Shown piece by piece: positions 61,770-64,000 of a stretch of DNA of 64,000 nt. The notes beneath the pieces are model-generated. The model had not been told where the DNA came from and ran no database searches. It worked only from the letters and a program-made list of their open reading frames with translations. The stretch is from IMG/VR virus record IMGVR_UViG_3300028196_000007, positions 1 through 64,000 of that record. The stretch is one strand, 5' to 3'. The stretch comes from a virus. The first letter of the stretch is position 1; each line of letters begins with the position of its first letter. The position numbers were made by a program, and so were the translations under genes.

Positions 61770-62660
61770 TTACCCTATCTTTGTTAGTTTGTGAGTTTGA
61801 GTTGACATCCAATAGTCACCGCTTAACCCTGCCATTTTTGATGCTTTTTTAATAGCTTCAACTGTTGAGCGTGCTTTAACTTTATATTTCTTCTTAGGGT
61901 CTAAATCTACACCACCTAGCTTCATTGGAGCAAATTGCATTTCCCATGTTGCGAATCCTTCATTTATATTTTTATTACTTCTCATATTTACTGCAATGCC
62001 TGGAGCAGATACTACATTTGATAAACCTTCGAATGCTTCGTTAACCAATTTTTGGTAAGATTTTTTACCTTCGTTCTTTCCTTTGTGCATCTTGTCAACT
62101 TTGTTAAAGAAGTCTTTCTTTTCTTCGTCGTCCAATTCTGCTGGAGAATCTACTCCTTCATCATCTAATGCAGCTTTGAATTTAGCTTGATATTTGTCTT
62201 GAGCCTCTGATTCTTCTACTGAATCACAAGTGCAATTGCCTGTAGGACATCCGCAGTCATCTTCGTTTAACTCTGCTATTTCGTAGTATTTACCAAGCTT
62301 ACCACCAATGTCTTCGAATACAGATTCCAATCTTTGTTGCAGTGTAGAGATTTCCTTGAATGTTCCTTCAAACACCTTTATAGATTCTCCTATAGCTTTA
62401 GTATCTCTTTTTACAGATACTGCATCGAACCAATCAGCTGTTTCTTCTATTGCCATTCTGCTAGCATTTTCAGCCATCATCTTGATATTTTCTACCAATT
62501 CGCTTATTTCGTTTGTTTTGTATATGTTTTGACCAAGCTCGTTAAATCTTTTAACAGCTTCTAAAGTCTGCTTCTTTTCTTGCTCTGTCATTCTTTTTTG
62601 AGACGAAGACTCGTTTAAGTAGTTTTTGTTTCTCCAATCTCTGATGTTGAATTTACTCAT
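61770..62660 (-). CDS. Putative prohead-associated protein
   Basis: YLNE, ELNE, LVNE, NINE sites; next to protease. Confidence 0.5.
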   Translation of the reverse strand: MSKFNIRDWRNKNYLNESSSQKRMTEQEKKQTLEAVKRFNELGQNIYKTNEISELVENIKMMAENASRMAIEETADWFDAVSVKRDTKAIGESIKVFEGTFKEISTLQQRLESVFEDIGGKLGKYYEIAELNEDDCGCPTGNCTCDSVEESEAQDKYQAKFKAALDDEGVDSPAELDDEEKKDFFNKVDKMHKGKNEGKKSYQKLVNEAFEGLSNVVSAPGIAVNMRSNKNINEGFATWEMQFAPMKLGGVDLDPKKKYKVKARSTVEAIKKASKMAGLSGDYWMSTQTHKLTKIG

Positions 62661-62661
62661 T

Positions 62662-63294
62662 TTATTTGCTCCTTGTTGGTAGTGCGCATTTGCAAGTTAA
62701 ATCGCAAAGCATTTCGTTTATTATATTGTTTACCTTATCGTATTTATTTATATAAATATCATTTACTGATTCCTTAATAGGTGCCATGAACGCTCCATGT
62801 GTCGATGGGTTAGATACAAAATCCCAGCATACTAATTCGAAGTCAGGTTGTACTTCAAGTGTTCCATCTTCAGAAAGTTGTTTTACTGAACCTAGTCCTC
62901 TTGATGATATTCCTAGTTTCACACCAGCTTTTAAAAGCTCTTTGAGAATGTTACCAGAAGGTGTACCTAGTACTTCTACCTGGCCTAACAAATCATCGCC
63001 TTTCCACCATATTTTTTTTATATTATGTGATACGTTCTGTAAATTTACAACTGAAGATTCTGGATGGTCTAATTCTCCAAGTGCTCTATTCTCTGCAATT
63101 TGTTCATTAGAATACTTTGATGCTTCACGCATAAGTGTTTCTTTAGGATATACTCTGCCATTCTGGTTTTTAGCTCCAGCTCTTTGAAGTACACCGGTTA
63201 CTATAACACGGCCTTCATTTCTTTCTTCTGATTCTTTAATCATCTGAGGTGTTATTTCAAATGATGTATAATCTATTAACACTTCTTTTGACAT
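62662..63294 (-). CDS. Prohead protease (T4 gp21-like)
   Basis: NQNGRVYP, GELDHP, VSH, TPSG, GISSRGLGS, DFVSNPS. Confidence 0.95.
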   Translation of the reverse strand: MSKEVLIDYTSFEITPQMIKESEERNEGRVIVTGVLQRAGAKNQNGRVYPKETLMREASKYSNEQIAENRALGELDHPESSVVNLQNVSHNIKKIWWKGDDLLGQVEVLGTPSGNILKELLKAGVKLGISSRGLGSVKQLSEDGTLEVQPDFELVCWDFVSNPSTHGAFMAPIKESVNDIYINKYDKVNNIINEMLCDLTCKCALPTRSK

Positions 63295-63758
63295 TAGAAT
63301 CTCCTTAGTTTTTCAGACAGCCGCTCCATTTTACCAGAAATTTTTTCTAGATTCTCTCTAGTTGATTTCCAATATTTAGCCTCATCTATTCCTGTTTCTG
63401 TCTTGAGTTTGATATTTTGGTTTATTATTCTTTCTATCTTGAACAATTTGCTATTAACTTCCTTTATAGCTCTATTTACTTTTTGCTTTGACGTTGCTGA
63501 TTCATCTTTCTTATAATCATTGTAGTTAGCTTCATTCATTAACGTAAGCTTAGCCATCTTCATAAAAGTTGATTCTTTTACTTGCTTCATGCCTTTGAGA
63601 CCTACAGTTGCATCTTTCTTCTTTTTGTTACTAAATGCGTATTTTGTATCATATTCTCCACCTGCATCAGCTGTTGAGTTTGATTCTTCTATTTCAGATT
63701 CAAATGTCTTTTTGAAGTCTTCTTTAAACATTTTATCTAATTTATCATTTAATGACAT
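63294..63758 (-). CDS. Head-region hypothetical protein
   Basis: IEE, VKE, MNE sites; coupled to the protease gene. Confidence 0.6.
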   Translation of the reverse strand: MSLNDKLDKMFKEDFKKTFESEIEESNSTADAGGEYDTKYAFSNKKKKDATVGLKGMKQVKESTFMKMAKLTLMNEANYNDYKKDESATSKQKVNRAIKEVNSKLFKIERIINQNIKLKTETGIDEAKYWKSTRENLEKISGKMERLSEKLRRF

Positions 63759-63999
63759 TGTTTATCTCCTTTATAAGGTCGTAAGCTCTTAGAACAGAAA
63801 GCATATGCTTATCTTGAATTTTTCTTTCTTTCTTTATAAGTCTTAACTGTGTTACAACTTCATTTAGCTTTATTGAAACTACATCATCTTTAACTTTTTT
63901 AGAAAGTGATTTTAAAGAAGATGCAGTTTTATTTATCTCTGAATGTAAATAAGTTTTAAGCTTTTCTGTATTTGATATATTGTTTATGTATTCTCGTAA
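63745..63999 (-). CDS. C-terminal part of a head-region protein (truncated by window)
   Basis: Open frame LREYINNIS...IKLNEV...YDLIKEINNVIK*. Confidence 0.65.
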   Translation of the reverse strand, partial: LREYINNISNTEKLKTYLHSEINKTASSLKSLSKKVKDDVVSIKLNEVVTQLRLIKKERKIQDKHMLSVLRAYDLIKEINNVIK

Positions 64000-64000
64000 A

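Overview
A 64 kb segment of an AT-rich, large T4-like (RM378/'Far-T4'-type) myophage genome. Essentially all real genes lie on the minus strand. A Bacteroidota host is inferred from DUF4494, T9SS-type secreted proteins and a phage bS21 next to the capsid genes. In transcription order (right to left) it carries: head module (prohead protease, putative protease-processed internal proteins, bS21, scaffold, major capsid, PhoH); neck, contractile tail, tape measure and baseplate; a PolA-like fragment, UvsE, gp32-like SSB, RecA, Hsp20, 5' nuclease, DnaB-like helicase and class II RNR; a nucleotide-modification-like block with its own DnaE; GroES/GroEL; a Cas4-like nuclease and SLOG protein; and a 10 kb heptose/glycosyltransferase block. 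The strongest novelty candidates are (1) a putative pre-replicative cytosine (glyco)modification pathway built from a minimal dCMP-type thymidylate-synthase fold, two degenerate ThyX folds, an RmlD-like SDR, a UGM-like flavoprotein, a dNMP kinase, a dCTPase-HAD fusion and DnaE; (2) a 220-nt tRNA-like RNA with intact acceptor, D and T arms but three hairpin insertions; (3) an 18-bp inverted repeat pairing the two ends of the hsp20 mRNA; and (4) modular internal-head polyproteins with repeated EGKLNE-type linkers. All functional calls come from motif recognition by eye; no database search was run.
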